Shown here piece after piece: positions 19,827 through 29,733 of a DNA stretch of 64,000 nt (its first letter is position 1; each line of letters begins with the position of its first letter). The notes under the pieces were generated by a model, which saw only the letters and a program-made list of their open reading frames with translations, was not told where the DNA came from and did not search any database. The stretch comes from an uncultured delta proteobacterium. GTDB lineage: Bacteria > Myxococcota > Myxococcia > SLRQ01. The translations under genes were made by a program, and so were the position numbers. The stretch is from NCBI GenBank assembly GCA_963727485.1, contig CAVSGM010000001.1, forward strand, positions 544,001 through 608,000, in the 5' to 3' direction.

Positions 19827-21602
19827 TCAGGGGCAGGCGTACACGCAGTAGTGGTACCCGCCGGCAGGGATGCAGATCTTGCAGGAGGTTGCCGCAGTCG
19901 GCGTCCTGGGTGCAGGGCGCGGAGGTCGCGGGCATCAGGCAGGCGTGGCGGCCGTCGGCGGCCGTCTGGCAGGTGGTCCCCGAGGGGCACGTCTGGCAGG
20001 TGCCGCCGGCGCAGACCGGGGTGGCGGTGCCGCAGTCGGCGTTGTTGAGGCAGGCGACGCAGGCGTGGGCCGAGGGGTCGCAGAGCGGCCGGCCGGGGTC
20101 GGTGCAGCCGGCGTTGGTGGTGCAGGCGACGCAGGTGTGGGTCTTGGTGTCGCAGGCGGGGGTGATGCCCACTGCAGTCGGCGTCCCTGAGGCAGGCGAC
20201 GCAGGTGCCGCGGGTCGTGTCGCAGACCTGGCCCGTGGCGCAGTCGGCGGTCGACAGGCAGTCCACGCAGGTGCCCCTGGAGCTGTCGCACTGCTTGCCC
20301 GTGGGGCACTGGCTGGTGTTCAGGCAGGCGACGCAGGTCGGCCGCGGGCGGCTGGTGTCGCAGTAGGGTCGGTCCCAGGCCGCGGGGCAGTCGCTGTCCG
20401 CCTGGCAGCCGATGGGCAGACCGATGTCGATGCAGATGCCGTTGCCGAACGACCCGCCGGGCAGCGACTCCCCGGGGGTGCAGCAGAACGGCTGGCTGGC
20501 GGTGCCGGCGTCGTCGATGCCGCAGAAGCGGCCGGGGGTGCAGCACTTGACCGTGGGCGAGGTCAGGCAGGGGGTCATCGGGCGCAGTACCCGCCGCTGG
20601 AGCCGGGCACGGGCGGGTCGCACTGGAGGGCCTGGGTTCCGGCAGGGTTGCGTCGGGCCGCAGTCGGCCAGCCGTCCGGTGTCGGAGTAGCCGCTGCACA
20701 CCTGGGCCGGATCCGTGCAGACGCCGCCGAGGCACGACTGGCTCACGGGGCAGGCGTGGCCGCAGGCGCCGCAGTTGGCGTCATCGCCGGGCAGGTAGGT
20801 GCACTGGCCGTTGCACGCGGTGTAGCGGCGTGGCGGCACACGCAGGTGCTGGTGCCGGTGTCGCAGCGCCGGTCGAGGCTGCAGTCGCTATCGGAGAGGC
20901 AGCCCGACTTGCAGGTCGCCGGTCGCGTAGTCGCAGTAGGCGTTGAGGAGGGCAGCCCTGGGAGACGCAGCTGGCGGCGCCGGGGCGCAGGTGCCGCTGT
21001 CGCAGATGCCGTCAGGGGCAGGGGCGGCCGCAGCAGCCCGCAGTTGGACGCGTCGGTGGCGGTGTCGATGCAGGCGCCGCTGCAGAGGGTCTGCCCCCGG
21101 GGCAGGCGCAGGCGCCGACGGGTGCAGCTGCCCGTGGCCGGGCACGCCCAGCCGCAGGCGCCGCAGTTGGCGGGGTCGGCGGTGAGGTCGATGCAGCTGC
21201 CGCCGCAGGCGGTCAGGCCGGTGCCGCAGGAGACGCCGCCGTCGGTCGCGGTGCCGCCATCGGTCGCGGTGCCGCCATCGGTCGGGGTGCCGCCGTCGGT
21301 CGGGGTGCCGCCGTCGGTCGCGGTGCCGCCGTCGGTCGCGGTGCCGCCGTCGGTCGCGGTGCCGCCGTCGCTGCCGCCCACCGTCGCCCCCGTCGACGGG
21401 GAGCACTCCGCACTCGCAGGCCCCGTAGGTGCCGTCGTCGCGGCAGACCCGCACTCCGGGCACGCCGATCGGTGCAGGTGCACGGCGATCTCGGCTGCCG
21501 GGGGCTGCAGTCGGCGCCGGTGCCACCGGGGAAACAGCCGCTGGCGAAGCACGAGGGCGCCAGCGAGGCGAGGACGAGGTATCGTCGAGTGATGAGCGCC
21601 AT
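19827..21602 (-). pseudogene. Tandem paralog of Cys-rich lipoprotein, multiply frameshifted
   Basis: MALITRRYLV..ASGCFPGGTGADCSP start; same linker and Cys repeats spread across frames; ends ..YHYCVYACP-TGA at 19827. Confidence 0.7.
21240..21370 (-). repeat. 18-bp coding tandem repeat (TDGGTA/P)n
   Basis: Repeated ccgccgtcggtcgcggtg / ccgccgtcggtcggggtg units. Confidence 0.8.
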
Positions 21603-21745
21603 CGTCGACCCAGCTGGGGTACTGTGGGAAGTGGGAATCGGCACCGGGGGGATGGCGTCGGGCGGGGGCCCCGAACGGGCCGGCTCTCCGGAATGCGTCC
21701 CGGCGCGGGATGTGTTCAAATCCCTGGCCTCTCACAGGGATCCCC

Positions 21746-23164
21746 ATGTCTGAACGCTACTTCCAGGACGCCTTCGGCATCACCGACGAGGTCATTCGTC
21801 GGGTCCTCGCCGCTGCCCTCTCGCGCGGCGGGGACTTTGCCGACCTCTACTTCCAGCACGGCATCGCCACCAGCCTCGCCCTCGAGGACGGGAAGGTCGA
21901 CCGCGCCGCCACCTCGGTGGACCTCGGCGTGGGCATCCGGGTGGTGGTCGGCGACCAGACCGGCTACGCCTTCACCGAGGACCTCGCCGAGCCGGCGATG
22001 ATCGCCGCGGCGAAGACGGCGGCGGGCATCGCCGCCTCCGGCGCCGCGGTGGCCCCCGTGGACCTCACCCCCCGGTCGCTCCCCCGCTACTACGACACCG
22101 CCTACGACTGGGGCGGCGTCGGCGCCCCGGAGGTGATGCCGCTCCTCGACCGGGTGAGCGAGGCCATCTGGAAGGGCGACGGGGTGGTCCGGGTGCAGGC
22201 GAGCTTCGCCGCCGGCCAGCACCAGGTGATGGTGGTCGACTCCGAGGGCCACGTCTCCACCGACTCCCAGCCCATGACCCGGATCTTCGCCTCCTGCGTG
22301 ATGGAGCGCGGAGGCGAGCGCCAGAGCGGGAGCCACAACCTCGCCGCCCGGGACGGCCTCGGCTTCTACACCGACGCCCGCCTCGATCACCTGGTCTCGA
22401 CCGCCCTCGACCGCACGGCGATCCTCTTCGAGTCCAAGCGACCGCCCCAGGGCGAGATGCCGGTGGTGCTCGCCGCCGGCTCCTCGGGGATCCTGCTTCA
22501 CGAGGCCATCGGCCACGGGATGGAGGCCGACTTCAACCGCAAGGGCGTCTCCATCTTCTCCGACAAGATCGGCAAGCCGGTGGCCGCGCCCTTCGTGACC
22601 ATCGTCGACGACGGCACCAACCCCAATGCCCGCGGGGCCATCAACGTCGACGACGAGGGCCAGGACAGCCAGCGCACGGTGCTGGTGGAAGAGGGCACCA
22701 TGCGCTCCTACCTCCACGACCGGATCAGCGCCAGGCACTACGGCGTGGCGCCCACGGGCAACGGCCGGCGCCAGAGCTTCCGCCACGCGCCGCTGCCCCG
22801 GATGCGCAGCACCTACATGATGCCCGGGCCCCACACCAAGGACGAGATCATCAAGAGCGTGAAGAAGGGCATCTATGCGGTCTCCTTCACCAACGGGCAG
22901 GTGAACATCGGCGCCGGCGACTACGCCTTCTACGTGAAGAACGGCTGGCTCATCGAGGACGGGAAGATCACCGCGCCCATCAAGGACGTGAACCTCATCG
23001 GCAACGGCCCCGAGTCCCTCTCGCGGATCTCCATGGTCGCCGACGACTTCGAGCTCGACGAGAGCGGCTGGACCTGCGGCAAGGACGGGCAGTCGGTGCC
23101 CGTGTCGCTGGGGCTGCCCACGGTCCTGGTGGACCGCATCGTGGTGGGAGGACAGCAGGGATGA
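21746..23164 (+). CDS. tldD: TldD metalloprotease subunit
   Basis: GGDFADLYFQ, GVGIRVV, GILLHEAIGHGMEADFNRK, PRMRSTY, CGKDGQSVPV. Confidence 0.92.
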   Translation: MSERYFQDAFGITDEVIRRVLAAALSRGGDFADLYFQHGIATSLALEDGKVDRAATSVDLGVGIRVVVGDQTGYAFTEDLAEPAMIAAAKTAAGIAASGAAVAPVDLTPRSLPRYYDTAYDWGGVGAPEVMPLLDRVSEAIWKGDGVVRVQASFAAGQHQVMVVDSEGHVSTDSQPMTRIFASCVMERGGERQSGSHNLAARDGLGFYTDARLDHLVSTALDRTAILFESKRPPQGEMPVVLAAGSSGILLHEAIGHGMEADFNRKGVSIFSDKIGKPVAAPFVTIVDDGTNPNARGAINVDDEGQDSQRTVLVEEGTMRSYLHDRISARHYGVAPTGNGRRQSFRHAPLPRMRSTYMMPGPHTKDEIIKSVKKGIYAVSFTNGQVNIGAGDYAFYVKNGWLIEDGKITAPIKDVNLIGNGPESLSRISMVADDFELDESGWTCGKDGQSVPVSLGLPTVLVDRIVVGGQQG

Positions 23165-24480
23165 GCCAGGACCTCATGGATCTCGCCGAGCGCACGCTCG
23201 CGCAGGCGCAGCAGAAGGGCGCGCAGGACGCCGCGGTCTCCGCCAGCCGGGGCCGCTCCATCAGCGTGCAGTACCGCGACGGGGAGCTGGAGCAGGTGCG
23301 CGAGTCGGCGTCGGCGCAGCTCGGCGTGAGCCTCTACGTCGACGGACGCTACTCGACCCACTCCACCAACGACCTGCGCCCCGAGGCGGTCGACGCCTTC
23401 CTCGATCGCGCGGTGGCCCTCACCCGGCTGCTGGCCGAGGACCCCAACCGCGGCCTCGCCGACCCGGCCCTCTACGCCGGGCGCAGTGAGGCCGACCTGG
23501 GCATCCGCGATCCCGCCTGGGAGTCCCTGGACACCGAGGCCCGGAAGCGCCTCGCCGAGGAGGCCATGGCCGGGGCCCGGGCCGTCGAGGGGCCGATCCT
23601 CTCGGTGACCGCGGGGATGAGCGACGGCATCGGCGAGTCGGTGCGCCTCCACTCCAACGGCTTCAGCGGCCGGCGCGAGGGGACGCGCTTCGGCCTCGGG
23701 GTCGAGGTCTCGGTGAAGGACGAGGGCGACCGCCGCCCCGAGGAGTGGGACGCCGCCAGCACCCGGCGCCAGGACGCCCTCCCCAATCCCGCCACCGTCG
23801 GTCGCCGGGCCGCCGAGCGGGCCATGGCGCGCCTCGGCCAGCGCAAGCTCCCCAGCGGCACCTTCCCCCTGGTCGTCGATCCCCGCGCCGGGTCCACGCT
23901 GCTGCGCCACTTCCTCGCCGGCCTCGGGGGCGCGGTGCTCCACCAGCGCCGCAGCTTCCTCCTCGACCGCCTCGGCGACACCGTGGGCACCGAGGCCTTC
24001 CACCTGGTCGACGACCCGCTCCTGGTCGGCGGGCTGGCCTCCCAGCACTACGACGGCGACGGCATCGCCGCCCGGCCGCGGACCCTGGTCGACCACGGGA
24101 AGCTCGCCGGCTACCTCGTCGACGTCTACTACGGGCGCAAGCTCGGGGTGACGCCCGAGGGCGGCGGGACCACCAACCTCACCGTCGCCCCGGGGGCCAA
24201 GAGCCAGGCGGAGATCATCGCCGACATGTCCCGGGGGATCCTGGTCACCGGCTTCCTCGGGGGGAACGCCGACGTGGCCACCGGCGACTTCTCCCACGGC
24301 ATCGTGGGCTTCGTCATCGCCGACGGGAAGCTCGCCGGCCCCATCGGGGAGATGAACGTCACCGGCAGCCACCGGGCGCTGTGGAACCAGCTCCGGGAGA
24401 CCGGCAACAATCCCTACCCCTGGTCGAGCTGGCGCCTGCCGACGATGGTGTTCACCGACGTCGACGTCTCCGGCGCCTGA
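23161..24480 (+). CDS. pmbA: TldE/PmbA family protein
   Basis: ATGA overlap with tldD; lacks HExxxH; DDP..G..S..YDGDG, TGDFSHG. Confidence 0.88.
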   Translation: MSQDLMDLAERTLAQAQQKGAQDAAVSASRGRSISVQYRDGELEQVRESASAQLGVSLYVDGRYSTHSTNDLRPEAVDAFLDRAVALTRLLAEDPNRGLADPALYAGRSEADLGIRDPAWESLDTEARKRLAEEAMAGARAVEGPILSVTAGMSDGIGESVRLHSNGFSGRREGTRFGLGVEVSVKDEGDRRPEEWDAASTRRQDALPNPATVGRRAAERAMARLGQRKLPSGTFPLVVDPRAGSTLLRHFLAGLGGAVLHQRRSFLLDRLGDTVGTEAFHLVDDPLLVGGLASQHYDGDGIAARPRTLVDHGKLAGYLVDVYYGRKLGVTPEGGGTTNLTVAPGAKSQAEIIADMSRGILVTGFLGGNADVATGDFSHGIVGFVIADGKLAGPIGEMNVTGSHRALWNQLRETGNNPYPWSSWRLPTMVFTDVDVSGA

Positions 24481-24495
24481 CGCAGGTCCCGCGGT

Positions 24496-25092
24496 TCAGA
24501 ACTTGAACCGCGGCCCGAAGGTCAGCTCGATGGTGCCCACCGGCGTCACGTAGGGCGTGAGCAGCGGCCCGACCTCGGGGACCACCAGCTTGGCCCCGAA
24601 GCCGAAGCCGGACGGCAGCCAGATGTCGAGGCCGGCGATGAAGCGGAAGTCCAGGGCCATGAAGAACGGGTTGTAGCCGCCGAAGAAGGCGCCGCGCTCA
24701 TTGCCCATGCGCAGGCCCACGCCCACGCCGAGGTAGGGCACCAGGGCCGGCGCCCGGGGGATGCGGAAGCGCCAGGCCACGTCGAGCACCGGGTTCAAGG
24801 TGAAGGCGTAGTTGGACACCCCCAGGCGCAGGCCGGGGATGAGGGTGAACCCGCTGTGGTCGGCGATGGCGTAGTCGGCGCCAAAGAGGAAGAGGCTGCC
24901 GCCGAAGGGCGTGGGGTTGCCCACCGAGAGGTCGCTGGCGAAGCCCACGAAGGGGCGGATGGAGGTGCCGCTCCCGTTCCAGGCGCGGGCGTGGTGGTGG
25001 CGGATCGGGCCTTCGGCGGCGGCGGGGTGTCCCAGGGCGAGGCCGAGGGCGAGGACGGCCAGGGCGCAGGCAGCGGGGCGGAGGCGGATCAT
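24496..25092 (-). CDS. Putative small outer-membrane beta-barrel protein
   Basis: Signal peptide, PYLGVGVG strand motif, C-terminal RFKF. Confidence 0.65.
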   Translation of the reverse strand: MIRLRPAACALAVLALGLALGHPAAAEGPIRHHHARAWNGSGTSIRPFVGFASDLSVGNPTPFGGSLFLFGADYAIADHSGFTLIPGLRLGVSNYAFTLNPVLDVAWRFRIPRAPALVPYLGVGVGLRMGNERGAFFGGYNPFFMALDFRFIAGLDIWLPSGFGFGAKLVVPEVGPLLTPYVTPVGTIELTFGPRFKF

Positions 25093-25544
25093 CGGGCGAG
25101 CTCCTCGAGGTCGGGGGTGGGGGCCGGGGCGGCGAGCCGCCGCCGCTCGGGATCGGTGAGGTAGGGCAGGGCGAGGTGGTGACGGCGGCCGTCTCCCAGG
25201 GCGGGGCCGGTGACCACCGCCCGGGTGGGGATGGGCACCTCGTCGCCCTCGGGCAGGAGAAGGACCACCGGACGCTCCCCGTCGGCCACCCCCAGGACGC
25301 CGGCGACGACGCAGCCGTCGGCCGTGACCGAGACCACCGGGAGATCGAGGACGCCGCGGCCGGTCTCCAGGCGCAGGCGGGGGCCCGGAATCGCGGCGCC
25401 ACCGTCCCCGGCGACCGTCTGGGCGAGGAGGAGACCCTGGCGCAGGATCTCCCAGCGCACCAGCGAGCCGGAGGGGAGCGCGCCGTCGTGCTCGGCGCGT
25501 CGCTTCAGGGACACGAACTCGCTGACCATCTCGCTGACGTCCAT
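25089..25544 (-). CDS. Hypothetical protein (possibly degenerate PilZ-like barrel)
   Basis: ORF coupled to downstream gene; VVSVTADGC..RAVV..LALPY pattern. Confidence 0.55.
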   Translation of the reverse strand: MDVSEMVSEFVSLKRRAEHDGALPSGSLVRWEILRQGLLLAQTVAGDGGAAIPGPRLRLETGRGVLDLPVVSVTADGCVVAGVLGVADGERPVVLLLPEGDEVPIPTRAVVTGPALGDGRRHHLALPYLTDPERRRLAAPAPTPDLEELAR

Positions 25545-25668
25545 GGGGGGCTCCCGTCGGGGGTTCAGCTCGTGCTACGACGGGGCCGGTCGAATGGATC
25601 GAAAAATCTCGGCAGCCGTTTCCAGTGATCCGTTTTCCGGGGCCGGGCGTAGCCCCTCCCGAGGATCC

Positions 25669-26262
25669 GTGGAACCGACGACGGCGACCCTCGAGGCGTT
25701 CCGGCGCGGAGAGCGGGAGGCGTTCGCCTGCATGGTGCAGGGGTTCGGTTCCACGGTGCGATCCATCGTCATGCGCTACTTTCGAGAGCCCTTCGACCGC
25801 GACGAGGCGCTGCAGGAGGTGTGGCTGCACCTCTATCGCCAGCGCCAGGCTCTCGATCCGGACCGCGCCGGGGAGGTGCGGGGCTTCGTGGCCACCCTGG
25901 CGAGGCGCCGGTGCATCGAGCTCCTCCGCGCCGCCGGCCGGCAGCCGCCGGTGGACGAGGGGGACGAGGCCGCGGCCCCGGATCCCGCCGGTGAGGCCGA
26001 GCGTGCGGCCGCCGGGGAGCGCCGGGAGCTCGCCGAGGCGGTGGCGGCGTTCCGGGCCCGGCTCGATCCCGAGTGGCAGCGGTTCTTCGACCTCCACTTC
26101 GTCGAGGGGCTCCCCGCCGCCGAGGTCGCGCGGCGCCTGGGGATGGGCGTCCCCCGCTCCAAGTACGTCAAGCGGGTGCTGGTGGCCCGGGCGCGCAGGC
26201 ACCGGGCGCTGATGGCCGCCCTCGGGCGACTCCGGGACCCGGAGGGCGACGATGCACCGTAG
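25669..26262 (+). CDS. ECF sigma-70 factor
   Basis: DEALQEVWLHLY region 2; FVEGLPAAEVARRLG region 4; GTG start estimated. Confidence 0.85.
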   Translation: MEPTTATLEAFRRGEREAFACMVQGFGSTVRSIVMRYFREPFDRDEALQEVWLHLYRQRQALDPDRAGEVRGFVATLARRRCIELLRAAGRQPPVDEGDEAAAPDPAGEAERAAAGERRELAEAVAAFRARLDPEWQRFFDLHFVEGLPAAEVARRLGMGVPRSKYVKRVLVARARRHRALMAALGRLRDPEGDDAP

Positions 26263-27169
26263 GGCGCCCATCCACCGGCTCCTCGCCGAGGGCCTCCCGC
26301 CCGGGGCCGAGGCGCGCCTCCGAGCCCACCTGCGCCGGTGCGCCCGGTGCCGCGTGGTCTACGCCGAGGAGCAGGCGCTCCTCCGGGCCCTCGCCGGGAA
26401 TCCGTCGGCGCCCACCGCCGCCGAGGACGCGCGCCTGGTGGACGCGGTGCTCGCGGCGGCGACGACCGCCGGTCTCCGGGAGGGCCGCCTCGGCGCCCTC
26501 GTCGATCGTCTCCTCTGGCTCCCGGGCCCGGTGCTGGCCGGCGCCGCCGCCGCGGTCGTCCTCCTCGCCGTCGGGGTCACCGCCGGGCTCGCCGCCGGCC
26601 CGGGGCCGGTGGTCGCCCGGATCGCCCGGGGCGCCGGCCTCACCGTCGACGGCCATCCCGCTCCGATCGGGGACACGCCCCTCGCCCTCCACGCCGGCGC
26701 CCACCTGGGGGTGGGCCAGGGGGGGCTCGCGGTCCTCGACCTCGCCCGCCCGGGGCAGGTCCGGGTCTACCCGGGGACCCGCCTCGTCGTCGGCCGCCGG
26801 GGCCGGGTGCTCGACCTCGCCACCGGCCGGGTGTGGTGCCGGATCCCCGAGGGCCACGGCGGCTTCACCGTGCGCACCGGCGAGGCGGTGGTCGAGGACC
26901 TGGGCACCTCCTTCGTGGTCGCCCACCACGCTGGGGACGGGACCTCGGTGCGGGTGATGTCGGGGACGGTCGCGGTCCACGGCCGCCACCGCCGCCGCAC
27001 CGTGAAGGTCACCGCCCACCAGGAGACGCAGGTGCGCCCCGGCGACGACCCGGCCCCACCGGCGCGCTACGATCCGGCCCGGGACCGCCTCGACTGGGCG
27101 GCCCTGTGGCACCGGTTCCTGGACAGCCTCCGCGACGCCCTGGAGAAGGTGAAGCGGATCTTCCACTGA
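26252..27169 (+). CDS. Anti-sigma factor: zinc-binding HxxxCxxC + TM + FecR domain
   Basis: HLRRCARC, TM helix, FTVRTGEAVVEDLGTSFVV..TSVRVMSGTVAV. Confidence 0.85.
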   Translation: MHRRAPIHRLLAEGLPPGAEARLRAHLRRCARCRVVYAEEQALLRALAGNPSAPTAAEDARLVDAVLAAATTAGLREGRLGALVDRLLWLPGPVLAGAAAAVVLLAVGVTAGLAAGPGPVVARIARGAGLTVDGHPAPIGDTPLALHAGAHLGVGQGGLAVLDLARPGQVRVYPGTRLVVGRRGRVLDLATGRVWCRIPEGHGGFTVRTGEAVVEDLGTSFVVAHHAGDGTSVRVMSGTVAVHGRHRRRTVKVTAHQETQVRPGDDPAPPARYDPARDRLDWAALWHRFLDSLRDALEKVKRIFH

Positions 27170-27173
27170 CCGG

Positions 27174-27641
27174 TCAGCTCGGGGCGCCGACGGCCTTCAC
27201 CGGCTCACCCTGCTGCACCGTCAGCGGCGCCAGCTTGGTGAGGCGCTCGGTGTCCAGCGGCGTGCCCACCGCCGGGAAGGCCAGGCCCCCGGGGGTCCAC
27301 TCGGGGACGAAGAGGATGGGCGTGGCCTCGCCGTTGTAGCCCAGCTGCACCAAGAGGTCGGTGTCGAAGGTGCGGCAGTTCTTCTCGCAGCAGGTGAACG
27401 GCGCCAGCACCCGGTAGAGGCCCTCGGGGGGCAGGGGCTCGAGGGTCACGGCGAGGCCCGGATCGCCCAGGGTCTCCCCCTGCTCGGGGAAGTTGGCGCG
27501 GTTGAGGTGCCAGTCGTCGGGCGGGTAGATGCCGGGCCCGGGGTTGCCGTGGTTGTGGAACATCACCAGGCGCCCCGCGGGCACCGAGCCGATGTCGATG
27601 GTGGTCTTGTAGAGGCCGCAGGGCGGCAGGCCGTCGGACAT
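27174..27641 (-). CDS. Conserved hypothetical protein
   Basis: Typical codon use; motifs FHNHGNPGPGIY, CCEKNC, QLGYNG. Confidence 0.75.
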   Translation of the reverse strand: MSDGLPPCGLYKTTIDIGSVPAGRLVMFHNHGNPGPGIYPPDDWHLNRANFPEQGETLGDPGLAVTLEPLPPEGLYRVLAPFTCCEKNCRTFDTDLLVQLGYNGEATPILFVPEWTPGGLAFPAVGTPLDTERLTKLAPLTVQQGEPVKAVGAPS

Positions 27642-27662
27642 GTTGGGACTCCGTTCTCGTTG

Positions 27663-28034
27663 TCAGCGACGGAACTCCCGACGGCCATCCTCCGAGAAGA
27701 GCACCCAGAGACCATAGAGCCCGACCAGGCTCGCCCAGGAGAAGGTGAGCACCTGGGCGGCCGAGCCCGCCACGCCGAGGAACCGGCCCCAGCCCTTGCG
27801 GGCGAACAGGCCGAAGGCGGTGAGGAACCCGATGACGCCGCCGCCCAGGAGGCTCGCCCCGAAGCCGGCCCCCAGCCACCAGGCGAGGTGGCCGAGACCC
27901 ACGAGGTCGAGGAACTCCTTGAGGAAGCGGCCCCAGGTCCCGCCCCCGACGAGGAGGACGAGGATCCCGAGCACCGAGGCCACGAGGCCACTGAACGCGT
28001 AGAGAAAGCCGAGGGCGGAGACATGCTTGCCCAT
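27663..28034 (-). CDS. Small membrane protein
   Basis: AAGGAG RBS; 3-4 TM helices. Confidence 0.7.
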   Translation of the reverse strand: MGKHVSALGFLYAFSGLVASVLGILVLLVGGGTWGRFLKEFLDLVGLGHLAWWLGAGFGASLLGGGVIGFLTAFGLFARKGWGRFLGVAGSAAQVLTFSWASLVGLYGLWVLFSEDGRREFRR

Positions 28035-28183
28035 GGGGAAGCTCCTTGAGTCACCAGTATACGTCCCCACTACGCTTCACGCAGCGGTTGGATTCCATCC
28101 GGGCCCGGTGGCCGGCCGATGCCTAGGTTCTCCTTGGGCGTCCGCACCTGTCCGGCGGGGGCGTCCGAAAGGGGGAACGGGCC

Positions 28184-28306
28184 ATGGATCCCGTGTTTGC
28201 CTGGGTGATGGCGAGCATCATCACCTTCCTCGCTGGCGTGGCCATCGCCGCGGGGATCCGCTCCTGGGTGCAGGCGCGGCGGTTTCGGCGGCAGGCGGGG
28301 CCTTGA
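28184..28306 (+). CDS. Putative 40-aa single-pass membrane microprotein
   Basis: MDPVFAWVMASIITFLAGVAIAAGIRSWVQARRFRRQAGP; purine-rich RBS; not in ORF track. Confidence 0.55.
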   Translation: MDPVFAWVMASIITFLAGVAIAAGIRSWVQARRFRRQAGP

Positions 28307-28367
28307 CCCCCGCGGTCGGGGGCCGCGCCGGTTGGTGCCCGGAGCGCCGAGGGGCTAGATAGGGAGC

Positions 28368-28679
28368 ATGGCCCCCGACGACGAGGCGCGGCTGCCCCAG
28401 GTGGCCGAGGCCGGTGACGACGAGCCGCCGGTGGTGGCGCGGATGGTCGTCGAGATCCGCTCCGACGGCACCCGGACCATCGCCCGGGGCGCCCTCGAGG
28501 ATCGGCTCCTCGGGGAGACGGTGCAGGTGCACGCCGAGGCGGCGACGCCCCTGGCCCTTGTGGGGCAGCTCGCCCGGTCGCTGGCGCGGACCCCGGTCCT
28601 CGCCCGGCTCCGGCACCGGGGACGGTCGCTGGCGGCCACCGCCCGGGGGCTCTTGCCCGGGCGCCGCGACGACGACTGA
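28368..28679 (+). CDS. Hypothetical protein
   Basis: GGGAG RBS; PVVARMVVEIRSDGTRTIARGALED. Confidence 0.65.
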   Translation: MAPDDEARLPQVAEAGDDEPPVVARMVVEIRSDGTRTIARGALEDRLLGETVQVHAEAATPLALVGQLARSLARTPVLARLRHRGRSLAATARGLLPGRRDDD

Positions 28680-28714
28680 CGGCCACCGGTCCGGGGCGCC
28701 GGGGTGCCGCCCGT

Positions 28715-29695
28715 TCAGGGCAAGGCGGCGCGACGGGCCTTCCCGTCGGCGTCATCGAGGAAGGCGTCGAGCTCGGGGAAGACGGTCACCGGCGCCCGCT
28801 TGCCCACCAGGAGGTCGATGTGCCCGGCGTCGAAGAGCCGCACCGTGGCCCCGGCGCGCCGGGCGGTGTCGGCGGCGGCGGACCGGTGGCACTGGTGGTC
28901 CCGGGTGCCGGCGATGGCCATCAGCGGCACGGCGCCTTCGGGGAGTCGCGGCAGGTAGGCCTCGCCGGCGGCGTCCCGGAGGCCCCCGGGCTGGAAGAGG
29001 GTGGCGAGCTGGGCCAGGACCGGCGCGCTCACCGTGTGGAAGCCCTCGGCCATCACCCGGCGGTGGAGCGGGCGCTCGAGGTTCGGGGGCCAGAGGTTGA
29101 AGGCGTCGAGGCGGCGCAGGGGGCGCAGGCCCGAGAGCGGCGACTGGAGCCGGGCCAGGGGGCCGAGCGGCACCGCCGGGAGCACCCGGGCCAGGAACGC
29201 CAGGCGCGCCGCCGGGGCGAAGTCGCTCTTGCCCGGGGTGTAGTCGAGGGCCGAGCCCACGGTGACGCCGCTGGCCAGCCCCCGGCCGCCGTTGCGGGCG
29301 AGCCAGGCGTAGAGGAGGATCCCGCCCATGGAGTGGCCCACGAAGTGGACCCGGTCCCGGCCGGTGACCCACCGCACGGCGCTCACGGCCGCGGGGAGGT
29401 CGTGGTCGAGGTAGGTGTCGAAGTCCCAGCCGTAGCGGGGGGTGCCCGGGAGGCGGTCGGCGGCGCCGTGGCCCCGGAGCTCGAGGGCGAAGACCTCGTA
29501 GCCCCGGCGGGCGAGGTGGCGGGCGAGGGACCGCTCGGGGACGAGGTCGAAGGGCAGGCGGTTGGCGGCGAGGCCGTGGCAGAGGACGACCGGGTGGCGG
29601 CGCCTCGCGCCCTCGGGCCGGTAGCGCCACAGGGCGATGCGCCACCCGCCCCCGGCGGGGACGCGGCGGAGCTCGGGATCGGCGGGGGCGGTCAC
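28715..29695 (-). CDS. Alpha/beta hydrolase (lipase/PHA-synthase-like)
   Basis: VVLCHGLAAN, ELRGHG, VGHSMGG nucleophile elbow, GHIDLL. Confidence 0.88.
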   Translation of the reverse strand: MTAPADPELRRVPAGGGWRIALWRYRPEGARRRHPVVLCHGLAANRLPFDLVPERSLARHLARRGYEVFALELRGHGAADRLPGTPRYGWDFDTYLDHDLPAAVSAVRWVTGRDRVHFVGHSMGGILLYAWLARNGGRGLASGVTVGSALDYTPGKSDFAPAARLAFLARVLPAVPLGPLARLQSPLSGLRPLRRLDAFNLWPPNLERPLHRRVMAEGFHTVSAPVLAQLATLFQPGGLRDAAGEAYLPRLPEGAVPLMAIAGTRDHQCHRSAAADTARRAGATVRLFDAGHIDLLVGKRAPVTVFPELDAFLDDADGKARRAALP

Positions 29696-29733
29696 CGGGC
29701 GAGGATAGCGCGCCCGCCTCCCGCGGGCACGGG

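Noticed and set aside
17980..20172. 730-aa single Cys-rich ORF
   Set aside because: Joins the frameshifted tail of the upstream paralog to the real gene starting at 19761
21746..24480. RiPP cluster around tldD/tldE
   Set aside because: No precursor peptide or YcaO/modifying enzymes adjacent
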